This document shows positions 1 through 13,867 of a stretch of 64,000 bases of DNA, in pieces (position 1 is the stretch's first letter; every line of letters starts with the position of its first letter). Under the pieces are notes generated by a model. That model had not been told where the DNA came from. It was given only the letters and a program-made list of their open reading frames with translations, and made no database searches. The position numbers and the translations under genes were made by a program. Source of the stretch: the human T2T-CHM13v2.0 reference genome, Homo sapiens; the NCBI RefSeq assembly GCF_009914755.1, contig NC_060925.1; one strand, given 5' to 3'.

Positions 1-1405
1 GAAAAGAGACCAGGTAAATAAAAGATTGAGAAAAAGTCAGATCAATGGTATCCACTATGGCTCACTGAAAGAATGGTAAATGTTAATAATAAACAACTAA
101 CATTATGCAATAAATATGATGTTAAGTGAATGGGGAGAGGCTGAAGATGGCCTTTACTCAGCAGACTTCAAGATAGCCTTTCATAAACTGTTTGTCTGTG
201 TTCAGTACAATCTGTCCTCCTCTTTTCCGTATCTATAAGTCCCTTCTCTGGCAGTGAGAAAATGGGTCTACCTATCCATAATGTATTTGCTTATTTACTC
301 AGTCTCCTCTCTGTAACTCAACTCTTGGTCAAGCCAGGTGGAAACTTGGCTTAAGACTCCTTGCTGTGCCTTACCTCCTGTTGAACAGGCTGGCTGAGCC
401 ATAGGACGATTGAAGGAAGGAGATTGAAAGAGAAAGTTCAAGAATGCTTAGCTTGGGATATGCTATTCTCCTGCTCCTTGCGAGTGGCAGTGCCATCAAA
501 AAATTTTGTCCGGAACCAAAAACCCTGCTTCACCCTCACCCTGCCCCATGTGGAAAGGCTTAATCCACAATAATTTGATAGTGAGTGAAGGGAATGTTTC
601 CAATTAGCTAGGAATGGTCCCCTGAAATCTTTCAGGTATTGTACCAACTTCTCCTCCCCTTAATTATCTCAGACTTTTTGGCTGAAAATCTTTTAGTAAC
701 CAGCATTGCTGTTGCTGACTGAAATGAAATTTAGCTTTCAAGGCTGACTATTAATGTGTGTTTGCAAAGCTGAAGTATCAATTGGGATTTAATACTATAA
801 CTATTTAGGTATTAATTTAGGTTTAATACTATAACAGAAAAAAATCTCTCAAAGTAATAGTGGCTTATATAAGATGAAAATTATTTTACTTTCATATAAA
901 AGAAAGCTGGAAATACATAAACTCATGTTAGTACTGCAGCACCACGGTATTAGACAGCCAAATTCTCTTCCTTCTATTTTACCATCCAAGGGTGTGGTTT
1001 CCTTCCTCTGGGACATCGCATGATCCATAACAGCTGGTAGAACTTCGGTCATCATGTCATCTGCAGAAGAAGGAATGGCATAAGTGAAAATAATTGGCTT
1101 CAACTAACTGTGGTGACTGTTGTCAAGTAAACTTCCTCAAGTACTGAAAAACTTCTACTGATATTCATTGACCAGAATTTAGTCATAGTTTCCCCACAGC
1201 TGCAAGGAATGTCGGGCAGTATACTTTTTTATTTCAGGTGACAATGTGCTTAGCTAAGAATCTATTGCGGAGGAAGAACGGTTAGGACAGGACTTTTCTA
1301 GTTTCTGCAAAAACTAATACTGGTCAAGCAATGTTGGAGAGCTTGGAAGCCACTGAACGAGAATAAAGGACACTCAGTAGGTGAGAATACTAAATAAGGA
1401 GAATA

Positions 1406-1780
1406 CAGTCATGTGTTGCACAATGATGTTTCAGCTAAAAATAGACCGCATATATGACAGTGGTCCCATAAAAATATAATGGAGCTGCCTTTTCCTGTTG
1501 TATCATATTAAAATCTTTTATACCATATTTTTACTGTACATTTTCTATATTTAGATACACAAATACCATTGTGTCACAATTGCTTACTGTGTGCAGCACA
1601 GTAGCATGCTATACAGGTTTGTAGCCTAGGAACAATAGGCTACACCACATAGCTCAGGTGTGTAGTGGGCTATACCATCTAGGTTTGTGTAAGTATGCTC
1701 CATGATGTTTGCACAATGATGAAATCGCCTAAAGATGCATTTCTTAGAATGTATCTCTGTTGATAAGCAGCTCATCACTG
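1406..1780 (+). mobile_element. Tigger3/MER7-type non-autonomous TcMar DNA transposon
   Basis: Starts CAGTCATGTG...GACCGCATATATGACAGTGGTCCCATAA and ends ...CATCACTG; TA on both sides (1404-1405, 1781-1782). Confidence 0.8.
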
Positions 1781-3403
1781 TAATACAAACTCCTAATTTG
1801 ATAGACAACTCTATTAAATTTTGAAGTCTGTTCTTGGTGTCAACATGTATTAAAAAATACATATGCTCTCCTCTTCAGTGGTCATGAGTTTATATGTAAA
1901 TGGTCTTCCAGGAACTGACTGAGAAAGTAGCCTTCTCTCAAGAACAATAATACTCAGAGTAACAACTACAAGTGTCTATTGTGTACCTATTAAGTAATAA
2001 TCCAATTTACTATTAAAATAATAGTTACAAATTAGTTTTAGTAAGTGCTGCCCCATTGATTTTGGAGTGATTTAATTCATTCTTAATCAGTCTGATAGCA
2101 TATTACCCTACTGTACTTAGACTCTCTATAACTAATGACAGGTTTCACATTTCATTTAATATTGAGCTTTAACAGCAGAAGAGAAAAAAAGAGAATAAGG
2201 TAATCATAGATCAGAATAAGGAGACCTATTTTAAATGTTTTAATACAATGATGTTAAAAACTGTGTATGTGATTTGGCAATGAGCACTCTTAAAGGGTTG
2301 AAGTGCTGGTATGTTCTTACTGAAAGCTGAATGGGATAGACATGATAAGGATATTCTTTTAGAGGGTCTGCCCACTCTGTCTTCCTTGGTATTCCATATG
2401 TCTCTCAGTTGAGTTATATAGAGGTTTATAGGTAGATTGAAGAAGCAGTTCATGGATGTAAAAAAGTAAAGGTACAGTGGTCCCCCTCACTTTTGGGGTG
2501 GATACATTCCAAGATCCTCAGCATATTCTGTAATTTTCTCTCTGTCTGTTTCACTCTTTCTCTCTGTCTGTTTCACTGTTTTCCTAAGATCCTTTCCAAA
2601 ATAAACTGTCTGCTTTTAAGCCCTGCCTCAGGCTGTGATTTAAAGGAAACCAAACTAAGACATATATTTACAAGAAATGTTCTGCTTTTCTAAGTGTTAT
2701 TAGACAATAACAATATCAAAATATCAACAACAGCACAAAAACAATGTTATTTGTCCCTTCTTACTCAGCCTTAGTTTTGGAATAAAACAAGGAGTAGAGG
2801 AGCTTAAATTGGAGAGATTAATTCCTACCTAAAGGAGGTAGTACAACCTAACTGTAGTCAATTGTTAATTTGTGGGAACAGGCCAGATCTTCTAATTTTT
2901 CAAAAGAAGCTTGAAATAGTGACAATTAAAGTTTTTAAAATTAAAAACAATCAGAATACAGTACTTTGCTTTCAGCCTAGATTCAGCCTTTGGATTACCA
3001 GTTATGATATAAAAGTACAATGTCATTAGCTGGCTTTGCTGTATGATAGCCAAATCATTTAATTACAAAGTACCTAGGAATAAATCTAACAAAAATGTGC
3101 AGGATCTAAATGAAAAACAAATCAAAACTCCAAAACCGCAGCCAAAACTTTATTGAGGAAGATAAAATAATATTTAAAAATTATAAAGATGTAAATTGTT
3201 CCTAAATTAATTGTTAAAATTAGCACAATACTAATGAAAATTACATTGGTATATATTGGGGAACCTCAAAAATTATTCTAAAGTTAATCTGGAAAACAGG
3301 TAAACAAAAATAGCCAAAGTTTTCAAAGAAAAGTAGAAGGGGACATCTGCCACAGCAGATAGTAAATTTATTACAAAGTACCATAATTAAAACCTTGTGG
3401 AAC

Positions 3404-4046
3404 TGAGGCAGGAGAATAGGGCTTGGAGGCAGGGAACCTAAGACCAATTCACACTGACTTCCTTAAACTGAATCAAAAGGAAAACCCAACTTTCCACTCC
3501 CAAGTAACAAAAGGATCAGAGTCTACTCCCTTTGCAACCCCCTCCTTTATGCCATGTGGATGAAAATGGAAAGTACCTCTGACTGGCTCCCTCCCACAAC
3601 CAATCAGACTGATCACAGGCCTAGTCTTCATCTGCATAGGGGTATAACTTTGCAGCTTCACTTCAGCCTCTGATTGGTCCCCTCCCAAAACCAATCTGAT
3701 GTTTGCATAGGGGTATAATTTTGTAACTTCACTTCAGCCTCTGATTGGTCACCTTCTGCAACCACTTAGACTGGTTGCTGGCCACTACTTCATTTACATA
3801 GGGTGTAACCAAGTAACCAATGAGAAACCTCTAGTGGATATTTAAACCCCAGAAAATTCTGTAACCAGTGCTTTTGAGCCACTTGCTCAAGCCTGCTCCT
3901 ACTCTGTGGAGTGTACTTTCATTTCAATAAATCTGTGCTTTTGTTGCTTCATTATTTAGTTGCTTTGCTTGTCCGTTTTGTCCAATTCTTTATTTAAAAT
4001 GCCAAGAACCTGGAAAACTCATAATCAAGATTCTCCACTGGTAACA
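3404..4046 (+). mobile_element. MER51-type ERV1 solo LTR
   Basis: TG...CA termini; start TGAGGCAGGAGAATAGGG...GGAGGCAGGGAACCTAAG; 4-bp TSD GAAC (3400-3403, 4047-4050); several CCAAT boxes; AATAAA. Confidence 0.85.
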
Positions 4047-4086
4047 GAACCACAATGAGATACCACTTCACACAAACTAGGTTGAA

Positions 4087-4120
<34 letters not shown>
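4087..4120. repeat. (AAT)n microsatellite
   Basis: About 11 AAT units; source of the poly-Ile run in ORF 3994..4347. Confidence 0.95.
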
Positions 4121-4126
<6 letters not shown>

Positions 4127-5195
4127 CAAGAAAATAACAAGTGGTAGTGAGGATGTGAAGAAATTAGAGCCTTTGTACATTGCTGGTGAGGATGTAAAAA
4201 TAACAATGTAAAACCGAATCTACTTTGGGAAACTGTTTGGAAGTTCCTCAAAAGGTTAAACATATAATTAGCATATGATCCTGCAATTTCATCTTTGGGT
4301 ATATACCAAAGGAATTGAAACAGGTATTCAGACAAAAACGTGTACACAAATGCTTATAACAGCGCTATTCACAGTCACCATAAGGTAGAAGCAACTCAAA
4401 TGTTCATCAACTGATGAATGGATTAACAAACGTGGCATATCCATACAATGGAATATTATTCAGACATAAAAAGAAATAAAGCACAGATACATGCTACAAC
4501 ATGGACAAACTTCAGAAACATGCTAAGTGAATGAAGCCATACACAGAAAGTCATATATTGCTGAATCTGATTTATGTGACATATCCATAGATTAGTAGTT
4601 GCCAGTGGCTGGGAGGTGTGAGGAATGATTGCCTAATGGATACAGGGTTTCCCTCTGGGGTGATGAAAACTAGGTTGGTGTGATGGTTGGACTACATTGC
4701 TAATGCATTAAATGCCACTGAATTGTATCCTTTAAACAGTTAGTTTTATGTTATATAAAGTTAGTCTCAAAGTTAAAAAAAAAAAGGCCCTGTATATGGT
4801 GCAGGAATAACCAGGTAGAAGAATGGAATATAATCAAATTTCCAGAAATTTATCATATATACATATAAATACTATTTGTTGGATTTAGTGCATCAAGCCA
4901 GTGAGGAAAATGATGGATATTTAAATAAATATATTGAGAACAATTTCATATGAAAAATAAAAATTAGTTTTTTACTTACCAAAATGAATTATAGGAGGAC
5001 AAGGTTATATATAAGAAAACTAACAAAAATAGCCAACAGAAAATACAGTAAAAAATATAATGGAATACCTGCACCTGGGCAGAATAAAAAATGGGAAGAA
5101 TTAGCAAAAGATAAGACTGATGGATTTGATGACATAAAAATAATTTTCAAGTATTTCCAAGCAATTTTAAAATTTTATTCACTTTTGTCCCCCAA

Positions 5196-5247
5196 GAATG
5201 GGGGAGTATCTCAGTACTGTCGAATGGGGGAGTATCTCAGTACTGTC
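5196..5247. repeat. Perfect 26-bp tandem duplication
   Basis: GAATGGGGGAGTATCTCAGTACTGTC at 5196-5221 and 5222-5247. Confidence 0.95.
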
Positions 5248-5504
5248 ATCATACATTTTATCATGCCTCTCTTGTATTTTAAAATACTCAGTGGTTTTAT
5301 TTTGTCTACAGGAGAAATTCTACATTCCTTTGAATGTCATGAAAGTAATTTTATAATAAGATTACCCTTACCTCACAGGCACCCCCTCTTCCCACTCTGC
5401 CTCCTGTTCATGTTCACTATGGCAGTTCTGTTGTATAGGGCCAGGTGGCAAATACAACCTAATAATGAAAGTTACAAAGGAAATTTAATTCTTTTAAAAC
5501 AGTG

Positions 5505-5959
5505 GGAGTCAAAATAAAATATAGAGACAAATCTCTAAATTTAACTTTTATTTTGGGAGGCAAGAATTGAAATTCAGGGCATACGCAGAATGGGTGTTCT
5601 TTGATATGTCTGAAGAACAAAGAAAAGGTTGGGAATCTTATTAGAAAGAGAAATGTTACATATTGTTTTGAAAGAAAGCTCATTAGCACTAGAGAAGCTC
5701 TTGGGAGCTGGCAAGCTGTGATTGGTGAGTGGTGATGGTAGGCAAAACTAGTAAGCGTCATGGCAGGTTTTTTCGGCAGCTACTAGGTAAAACTGGTCTT
5801 AGGATTACAGTAGACCATTTCAGGAGCTGGGCTTGTGGAAAATTTAATTCCGGGAGCAGATGGTATGCACCCTGAGTGCTAGTTTTTTTCCCTGGCCCTT
5901 CTACTCTGATTTAATTGGGTCTGAAAAAAATGATCCAATTTTTATAATCAACTTTCACA
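5505..5959 (-). mobile_element. ERV1 solo LTR (LTR54-like)
   Basis: Minus strand begins TGTGAAAGTTGATTATA...GGATCATT...GCACTCAGGG; subfamily from recall. Confidence 0.55.
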
Positions 5960-6134
5960 CAACTTATGTAAAAAATTTGGAAATATTCACATAAATCTAT
6001 CAGTCACTCTGCATTAATGACAGCTAGACAAGTTTGATTATTACATAAGATTCAGGACCCCAAATGACAATGAAGGTACAATATAGCAACAGCATTAAAG
6101 TAAGGACAAGCATCACTGCTAAAAGTGCTTCACA

Positions 6135-6512
<378 letters not shown>

Positions 6513-7599
6513 TTAGCCCTTCATCTGTAGGAGGAGATTTGACCAGGATGTGGGGGAACAGTGAGGAAGGCTGAGAACAATTCAAGTTTCTTTCAGTTGA
6601 CAAACATCAGTCTACCCAGGCTTCAGGAGAACAGTTAGAAAACAAAACCGTATGTATCTATCTAAAAAAATTTGGGAATGAAAAAATACTATTATTCCAA
6701 AACCTCAGAGGCAGAGTCTACCTCTGGAAATTAGATATACCACCAAAAATATAGAAAACACTGGCATTCTGGAAATGATGAATTAATATAAAGTACAATG
6801 AAAGAGGAGGCTGAGATAAAAAGCTGAATAAAATAAACAAAAAACTGGAAATGAAATAGAAAGATTAAAAGCCACATTAGGGATAATAAACAGCAAAACT
6901 TATATTGGGGACAGTTTTATTAGAAATAATGGAGGTCAGATTTGATAAAATCTCCTAGAGTGTAAAGGAAAATGAATTAAGAGATTAAAGTGATGAAATA
7001 GTTAGTAAGAGAAATAGAAAAAAGAAAATAGAACTCCCATTGAAGAATTAATTGCAATCCTTAGGAAGTACTTTATAAAAGAACAAAATGTCCCTATGTA
7101 GTAAAATAAAAGGCCTCATTAAAAGGACTTATTATTTTCAAAGTAAAATTAATTTAAAAATCCATAGAAAGATACTCTGAATTTTTAACATTATATGTGA
7201 AAAAGAAATAAGCTTGTATGATAAAGGAAATGTGTTAAGCATCCAAACAGAGAGAAAGAAAGGAATAAGAAGGAAACCAAATTATTTACCTAAAAAGAGT
7301 ACACATTTATGCTGGGGTAAGTTTTTTTTTCTCCCTCTGAGGTGAAATTGCTAGGAGACCTTGGGTCAACATTTACAGAATTTTGAAGGGGAAGGATATA
7401 CTCAGATACACCATAGTACAGAGAATATTCTCCCAAAACAGGCTTCTTGGGAACGAAATACTTCAAGACATGCACAAGTTAATAGAGAAATAAATTAAGG
7501 TTTATGACCCAAGAATGAGGAATTTGCAGTACTAAAGGAATGGGATAAGCATAGAAAACATTTCAATAAAAATAAAATAGAAGCAATTATTGTCTGTTA

Positions 7600-7850
7600 T
7601 TTAATTTTATTTATCTTTATTTTTTTGAGACAGGGTCTTGCTCTGTCACCCAGGTTAGAGTGCAGTGGTGCACTCACAGCTCGCTGCACCCTCGACATCC
7701 TGGTCTCAAGTGATCCTCAAACTTCAACCTACTGAGTAGCTGCAACAACAGGTGTGGGCCACCACACCTGGCTATTTTTATTTTTTATTTTTATAGCAAT
7801 GGGGTCTCCCCATATTGCCTGGGCTGGTCCCGAATTTCTTGGCTCAAGTA
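7600..7850 (-). mobile_element. AluJ-like, partial
   Basis: TTTTTTGAGACAGGGTCTTGCTCTGTCACCCAGG... through GGCTCAAG. Confidence 0.85.
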
Positions 7851-8349
7851 AATTTCAAAAGTAGTTTTTAAATGAAAACACATGTAATATTGGAAATAAT
7901 AATTTGATGTTAATGACATATTGAACTGCTTAGATTATATTTACAAACATAGAGGAGAGAGAACAAAAACTAAGTAAATTTTCATTTTACAAGGAGTGGG
8001 GTGAGGCAAATTCATCCTTTGATAATCAGAGAAATTATCATCTTTTTGTTTTTTAATCTTAACGTAATTAGCAGCATTTAAAAGCAGGATGTATCTCTCC
8101 TAAATCACTGAGTAGATAGTGCTAAGAATATATAGTCTGTAATAAAATGCAAAAAAGTTGGGAGTATTTTTTTAAAAAAAGGAAATTCGAAATAAGTGGA
8201 GTTACATCAGTTAAAAAAAATAAACACAAATGGGTTAATCCTCCCTAATGCATAATGATAATCTCATATTGATTTAAAAAGGATAGTTCCACAATATGCT
8301 TCTTATAAAAGGCATATCTAATAAACTGACACAATCAGCTGTGTCACTA

Positions 8350-8432
8350 TAGGTTGGTGCAAAAGTAATTGCGGTTTGGTTTTTGCCATTAAAAATAATT
8401 GCAGAAACTGCAATTATGTTTGCACCAAGCTA
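8350..8432. mobile_element. MADE1 (Hsmar1-derived MITE)
   Basis: TAGGTTGGTGCAAAAGTAATTGCGG...GCAATTATGTTTGCACCAAGCTA terminal inverted repeats, TA flanks. Confidence 0.9.
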
Positions 8433-10849
8433 TAGTCACACAGCTAATTAAAATAAAGGAACGATAAAAGATTATAAGGCAAGTAGAAAAAATCAGAGGA
8501 AGCAGTATTAGATTTCAAAGAAAGGATAATTCAAGGCAAATAATTAAGCAGGAAAATACCATATCAACAAGTATGGTTTACAATGACAGTATTAGTCATG
8601 AGTTATTTTAGTAGAATATATAAACTTGAAATATTTTTTGTAAAAATATGCTAGAAGTATACAGACAACTAGAGAGAAACAATATATGTAGAACATTATA
8701 AAGCATTCAACTAATGAAACAAATTATATCTAAAGGACAGCTATTTCAATTAAGAAATTAATAATTTAATAATTTATATACATTTAAAAAATAAATTATT
8801 AAGTAAGCTCACCTAAATAACTATTGGATATAAAATAAAATCCAAACTCAATTTCACACTATTTAGAGAAAACTAATATGAGGCTATGCTGTATGAAAAC
8901 ATGAAATGTATCCAAAGAGATACTCAAGAGCAAATTCAAGGCCTTAAATATTTAAATGGTTCAAACAGATAAAATTTAAAATGATTGATTTCATCATTTA
9001 ACCACTGGAATTTGAAAATGAACAACAACAAAAAATCTTGAAAGTACTGTGGACTAATGGAAAAATTCTGCAGGAAAGATAAAAGTAATCTCATTTCGAA
9101 AGCTCAGAGGAAGAGCATAATGACAAAAGCTATACACTTAGGAACCTGACGATAATTGATTGTTTGGTTTCCTATCACACATGAAGAATGACTTTTATGT
9201 CAAAAGAGTATAGAGCAAATAAAAAATTAAAAAAATTAAAAACCTAGAAAATAGATGAAACAAGAAAATTGATAAATTTAAAAATTGATTGTTTTAGGGA
9301 AACCCAATAATCTAAAACATAATTGGGATAAAAAGATGAAAATTAATAAAATAAATAATGAGAACTCAAATACACTAACACATGTCTAAATTTGTTTTTA
9401 AATAAGAACATACTGTACATGACTCCATCCTAACAATATTACAAACTGGGCAAAATTGATTATTTTTCTTTATCTCAATTTCTCCTATCTCACCATACAT
9501 TGTATAAATAGAATTTAACTAGTCTTTTATAATGGCACAGACTGAATTAGACTTCAGAATCTAGACTCTATTACTATTTTACTGTCAAAACATTGTTTGA
9601 AATATCATTTAGTTGTTTTTTTCTCCATTTCCTTTCTTTAATAATAATTTTATATTCTACCTATCTATCTGATTATCTATCAGCTATCTTTAACCTCTTC
9701 TTTCAAAGAATGTTATACACACAAGCCTGCCAATATTTGTAAAGCTCTTTTAAGGTTCCTGGAAGCGTTCACTAGCTCTTAAGGTAGAAATAACTTGGAG
9801 TTTCATTGTAAACACTCAAGTGTACACCTATTTTTGTAAGGTATCAAACCATCAGCATAAATGTATCTGGCCTTATAGTTTTCCTAAAATGTATTATGCC
9901 TCAGCCATCTTAGCTGGGTATCTGGGTTAAAATTTAGCTTCTCAGTGAGACACCCAAGCTTCATTTGAGCTCAGCTTTCCAAAGGCCATAAATTATGAAA
10001 GGCAAATAATAACTTCTTAATATTTCCAATGAAGTTATCAGCTACAAAAGTATAGCAACGGAATAGGGCATAGGAAATGAGTAGGCTCTTTGTATATTAA
10101 TAGAAATAACATCTGTTGGCTCCCAATCCCTGCACTCTGTGTTCCTCAAAACAGGTGCTTAATTTTCCTGCACTAATCATCATGTGTAAATTGTAACACA
10201 ATATCATCTCCATGAGAAATACTATCCTTCCTTTTAACAAATATTTGCTAACACCTTTCAATATCTCCTAATTTTAGAAGCTACATACTAAAACTACACA
10301 TTAATCATTAAACTCATGGCAACAGAGTGTCCAATATTACTTTCATAAAAGTAGAAAACAATGGAAATTTGAAGCCTATATGGGGTATTATTAATTTAAT
10401 AACACCTGGCAGCTTTAAGCATAAATTAATTTTTCCTTGTTCTTTTATAAAACTAAAAATCATTGATTAACACAATATGAATACATCTTTCTTTGATTTA
10501 TTTTGGCTTAGGCAGATCAGTTAGACTCTTTGGAACCATTTTCTCTCATATATAAAGTGAGAACAACATTATTTACCTCCTGGATTGCTCAATATTTTAA
10601 TAAATCATAATGATACATAATATATAAATATATGGCCATTATTTCCATTGGTGAATTCTGTACTGCTTCTTGTGGTTGTCTGACTATTAGTGAAGGGTAA
10701 GATCAGAATTGTAACAATAAGGGAACTCTCGGTCTGGGTGTAGGGAAGAGTCTATTCAAAGATGCACACGTGTAAAAATATGGTGTTTTAGAAATATCGT
10801 ATCATTGGAGCTTAGGGTGGAATGTAGTTAAAGATTAGTCTGAAGATTC

Positions 10850-11450
10850 TTGGAGAACCTGGGCCTTACTGAATTTGTATCATTCTGAAAGCATCACCAA
10901 ACTATTTTAGAAAGGAAAATCATGTAAGATTTGCATTTTAGAAAGATGCCATGCCTCTCACAGCAGTGAGTAAAATGTATTGGAGGGACTGTTACTCTTG
11001 CCTAGTTGAGGGCAATGGTCTGATCCACTGATGAGTCCAGTGATGATCCCAACAGGGACAATGTCAGTCAGTATAGAGAGGGAAGGACAGAACAGAGAGC
11101 TAATGCTTAGGAGACAGATTACCAGGACTTGGTGACAATTATATTTAGGGTGCAAGGAAGAGGGAGGAATAAAATTTAATTCCAATGCCATCGATTTAGG
11201 TACACTAGGTGGAAGCCTATACTACTCAAGCTAGAGAACAGAGGAAGGTCAGGTTTAGGGAAGAAAATGGTGAGTTTTAAGTGCCTTATATCATTAGAGA
11301 TAAAGTTCATATTTCCAGTTGTCAGCTAAACACAACAGTCTGGAGTTTAGTTGGGAGGACTGTACAAGTGTAACATAGCAGCTTTGAACATATAGGCTTC
11401 ATATGGCTTCAGTTAAGCCATGGAAATGAATGGGGTTTCTTAAGTCCAAG
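10850..11450 (-). mobile_element. L2 fragment
   Basis: Purine-rich L2-antisense-like motifs (GATTTGCATTTTAGAAAGAT; CCAGGACTTGGTGAC); degraded. Confidence 0.5.
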
Positions 11451-12620
11451 GAACATGCTCTTCGGGATGTTGCTAGTACTAGTTAGGCAGAAGATAAAAT
11501 ACTGATGTCAATGATTCATTTTAAAATAATGGAGGTGTATAATTTTTCAAAGGTAGCACACAGACATTAGGTGCCAGATTAATGCTGGATCTTATTATTT
11601 AATGAAGATGTTTCATTCTAGGAGTGTCAATTGGGAATTGTACTCTGCTGCATAAAGTAAACTAAATTATCAGTGATTAACTTAAAAAAGTCCTAAAATA
11701 GAATCAAACATTTATGAAATCATGAGAGAAAGACCTCTAAATTTAAGATAAATAATGAAATGGAAACTATTCCAAGAGTTAGTGAGTTGGGCTACTTTCA
11801 CCAAGGTCAATTACTTTATATAGAAGGAAAAAAAGTAATATTTCTATTTTGAGAAACAATAGTAAGAATTGTGGAGTATAAAAAACTAATTTCTAGATAC
11901 TTTGAAATTTGAAGCAAGGTATCAAGTATAGTCAAATGAATATTATACGATAAAAAAATTGAGAATCTGGAGAGTGTCAGTGCCAATAAAATGGAATTAT
12001 AAAGGATCTTTAGCTTTCATAAATTGGTCTTTTTTTTGGGAAAAGAATAAACATTTTTACACAATGTTGTGTATATAACCTATATGCAAAACTGAATTTT
12101 TCTGAATAAGTTCTATGACAGACTATACTTCATCAATCCTAGCTGTAGGATTGTATAAGTCAGAAATAATATTACTGACTAGGATTTAAGGAATTTACAG
12201 AGAATGACCACAAAAGATACTTAGATGTAATGTTTTCACTGCGCATATAAAATGCCAGAGATTTTTGAGGATACCAAAAACTAGATTTTTGACTGATATT
12301 TCAAAGCTATTGGCTAATATGTGGTCTGAAAGTACTATAATCCAATGGTTATAATGATATTGTTCCTTCCTTTTTTTTGTCAGTATGTGTGATCTTATTC
12401 CAGTGTGTCTGAGCATGCATATTTTACATCCAAATGGATTCAATCCTACCTGGATGCAAACATTAAAAAAAATCTGTTGCATAATGAAAAACTCTCTGGA
12501 GATTTAAGTACTTATGCCTACCATCACACTGATCAGATTCTATAATTTAAAAATATTTGTATAAATGTATTTTCAAGATCTGTCTCTTGCATTAGATGGA
12601 AGCTCTGTGATGACAGGGAC

Positions 12621-12652
12621 TATATATATATATATATATATTTTTTTTTTTT
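12621..12652. repeat. (TA)n-(T)n simple repeat
   Basis: TA x10 followed by T12. Confidence 0.9.
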
Positions 12653-13370
12653 CCAGCACTCTCTCTTTGATGCTTAGCTCAGTCGTAACAAAGCACATAA
12701 GAGATGGTCCATAAAAATTTGTAAATTAATAATAATGAAAAAACAGTTTTGAATTTTCTCTGTTCATCCCTGCCACTCATTATCATCTGTTACTTCATTT
12801 CTTGACGTTCAAGGATAAAGTTTAGATATACTGAGATATAATGCCAGATAGCAAGAACTATATGAATAAAACAAAGAGGTGCTATAAAATGTGATTTTCT
12901 AGGAACAGAGTAAGAAGTCATGCTTGATCAATATTATTCTCTTAATATTATATTTAATTTTTTGGAAAGTTTTGAAGAGATTTGAAAGCTAAAACTTCGA
13001 TGATTTACTGCAGTGAACATGCAAGATGGGATTTATATTTGTTGATTGGAAGTAAATGGCACTGTGTGGAACTAAAGAGTCTAATGCAAGTCCTACTGGC
13101 CCTAAAGAATTATTTTCAACACACTTGGTGTTTTCTAAAACACACTATTTATCACTAAATTGAAAATCAGACTTCAAGTAATAGGAGAAACTTTTATTTA
13201 TATACATATGTCTTATCATTCTATATCTTTCCATTTTTGAACACTTATAGGGAACATTGTTTTCTGATCTGGTAGAATCTGAATGCTTTTCTTTAATTTC
13301 AAGAACTAAATGATTTCATGGCCATTTTAAAGAAAGAAAAGAGAATTTTATTTATAATTCTTCTAAGGTT

Positions 13371-13725
13371 TGTTATTTAGTAGTGTTTATGTCCTCCCCA
13401 AATTTATATGTTGAAATTCTCACCACTAAAATGATATTAGGAGGTGGGACCTTTGGGAGTTAACTAGGCTATGGAAGCAGAGTCCTCATGAATGAGATCA
13501 ATCCCCCTATAAACGAGGCCCAAGTGAGACCCCTGGCCCCTTCCACCATGTGAGATTAGAGTGAGAACACATCTGTCTGTGAGGACGTGGGCCCTCACCA
13601 CACACGGAATCCACCAGCGCCTTGATCCTAGACTTCCCAGCCTCTAGAACTATGAGAAATAAATTTCTGTTGTTTATAGGCCACCCAGTCTATGGTATTT
13701 TGTTAGCAGCCTGAGAGGACTGAAG
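13371..13725 (+). mobile_element. MLT1A-type MaLR solo LTR
   Basis: ATTAGGAGGTGGGACCTTTGGGAG...GAGAAATAAATTTCTGTTGTTT...CCACCCAGTCTATGGTATTTTGTT. Confidence 0.8.
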
Positions 13726-13867
13726 GGACAAAGACCAACCTAAATGTAAACATGGCAACGTATTTCTCTGAAATCTGTCTCTGTCTTGTCTCTGTCTTTC
13801 TTTCTCTCTGTCTCTCTCTCTTCTCCTCTTCTCATTATTTCACATTCTGACTAAAATTAAAATGTGA

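Larger units (their letters stand above)
3060..5150 (+). mobile_element. Old degraded L1 (L1M) ORF2 fragments with a nested L1MB-like 3' end (~4050-4785)
   Basis: ORF2-like motifs (TACCTAGGAATAAATCTAACAAAA; CACAATGAGATACCACTTCACA; ATGGAATATTATTCAG); A-tail at ~4775-4785. Confidence 0.6.
6700..9460 (+). mobile_element. Highly degraded L1M ORF1/ORF2 remnants
   Basis: Strongly A-rich + strand with L1-like motifs (AAATGGGTTAATCCTCCCTAA; AAATTCAAGGCCTTAAAT); boundaries approximate. Confidence 0.45.

Noticed and set aside
2535-2577. 22-bp-period tandem repeat TTTCTCTCTGTCTGTTTCACT
   Set aside because: Low-complexity slippage product beside old repeat fragments; not a proper ISRE.
3994-4347. ORF with a poly-Ile run
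   Set aside because: Antisense translation of L1 plus the (AAT)n microsatellite.
4984-5517. 177-aa ORF
   Set aside because: It crosses degraded L1, a tandem duplication and an LTR edge, with no recognisable domain or exon structure.
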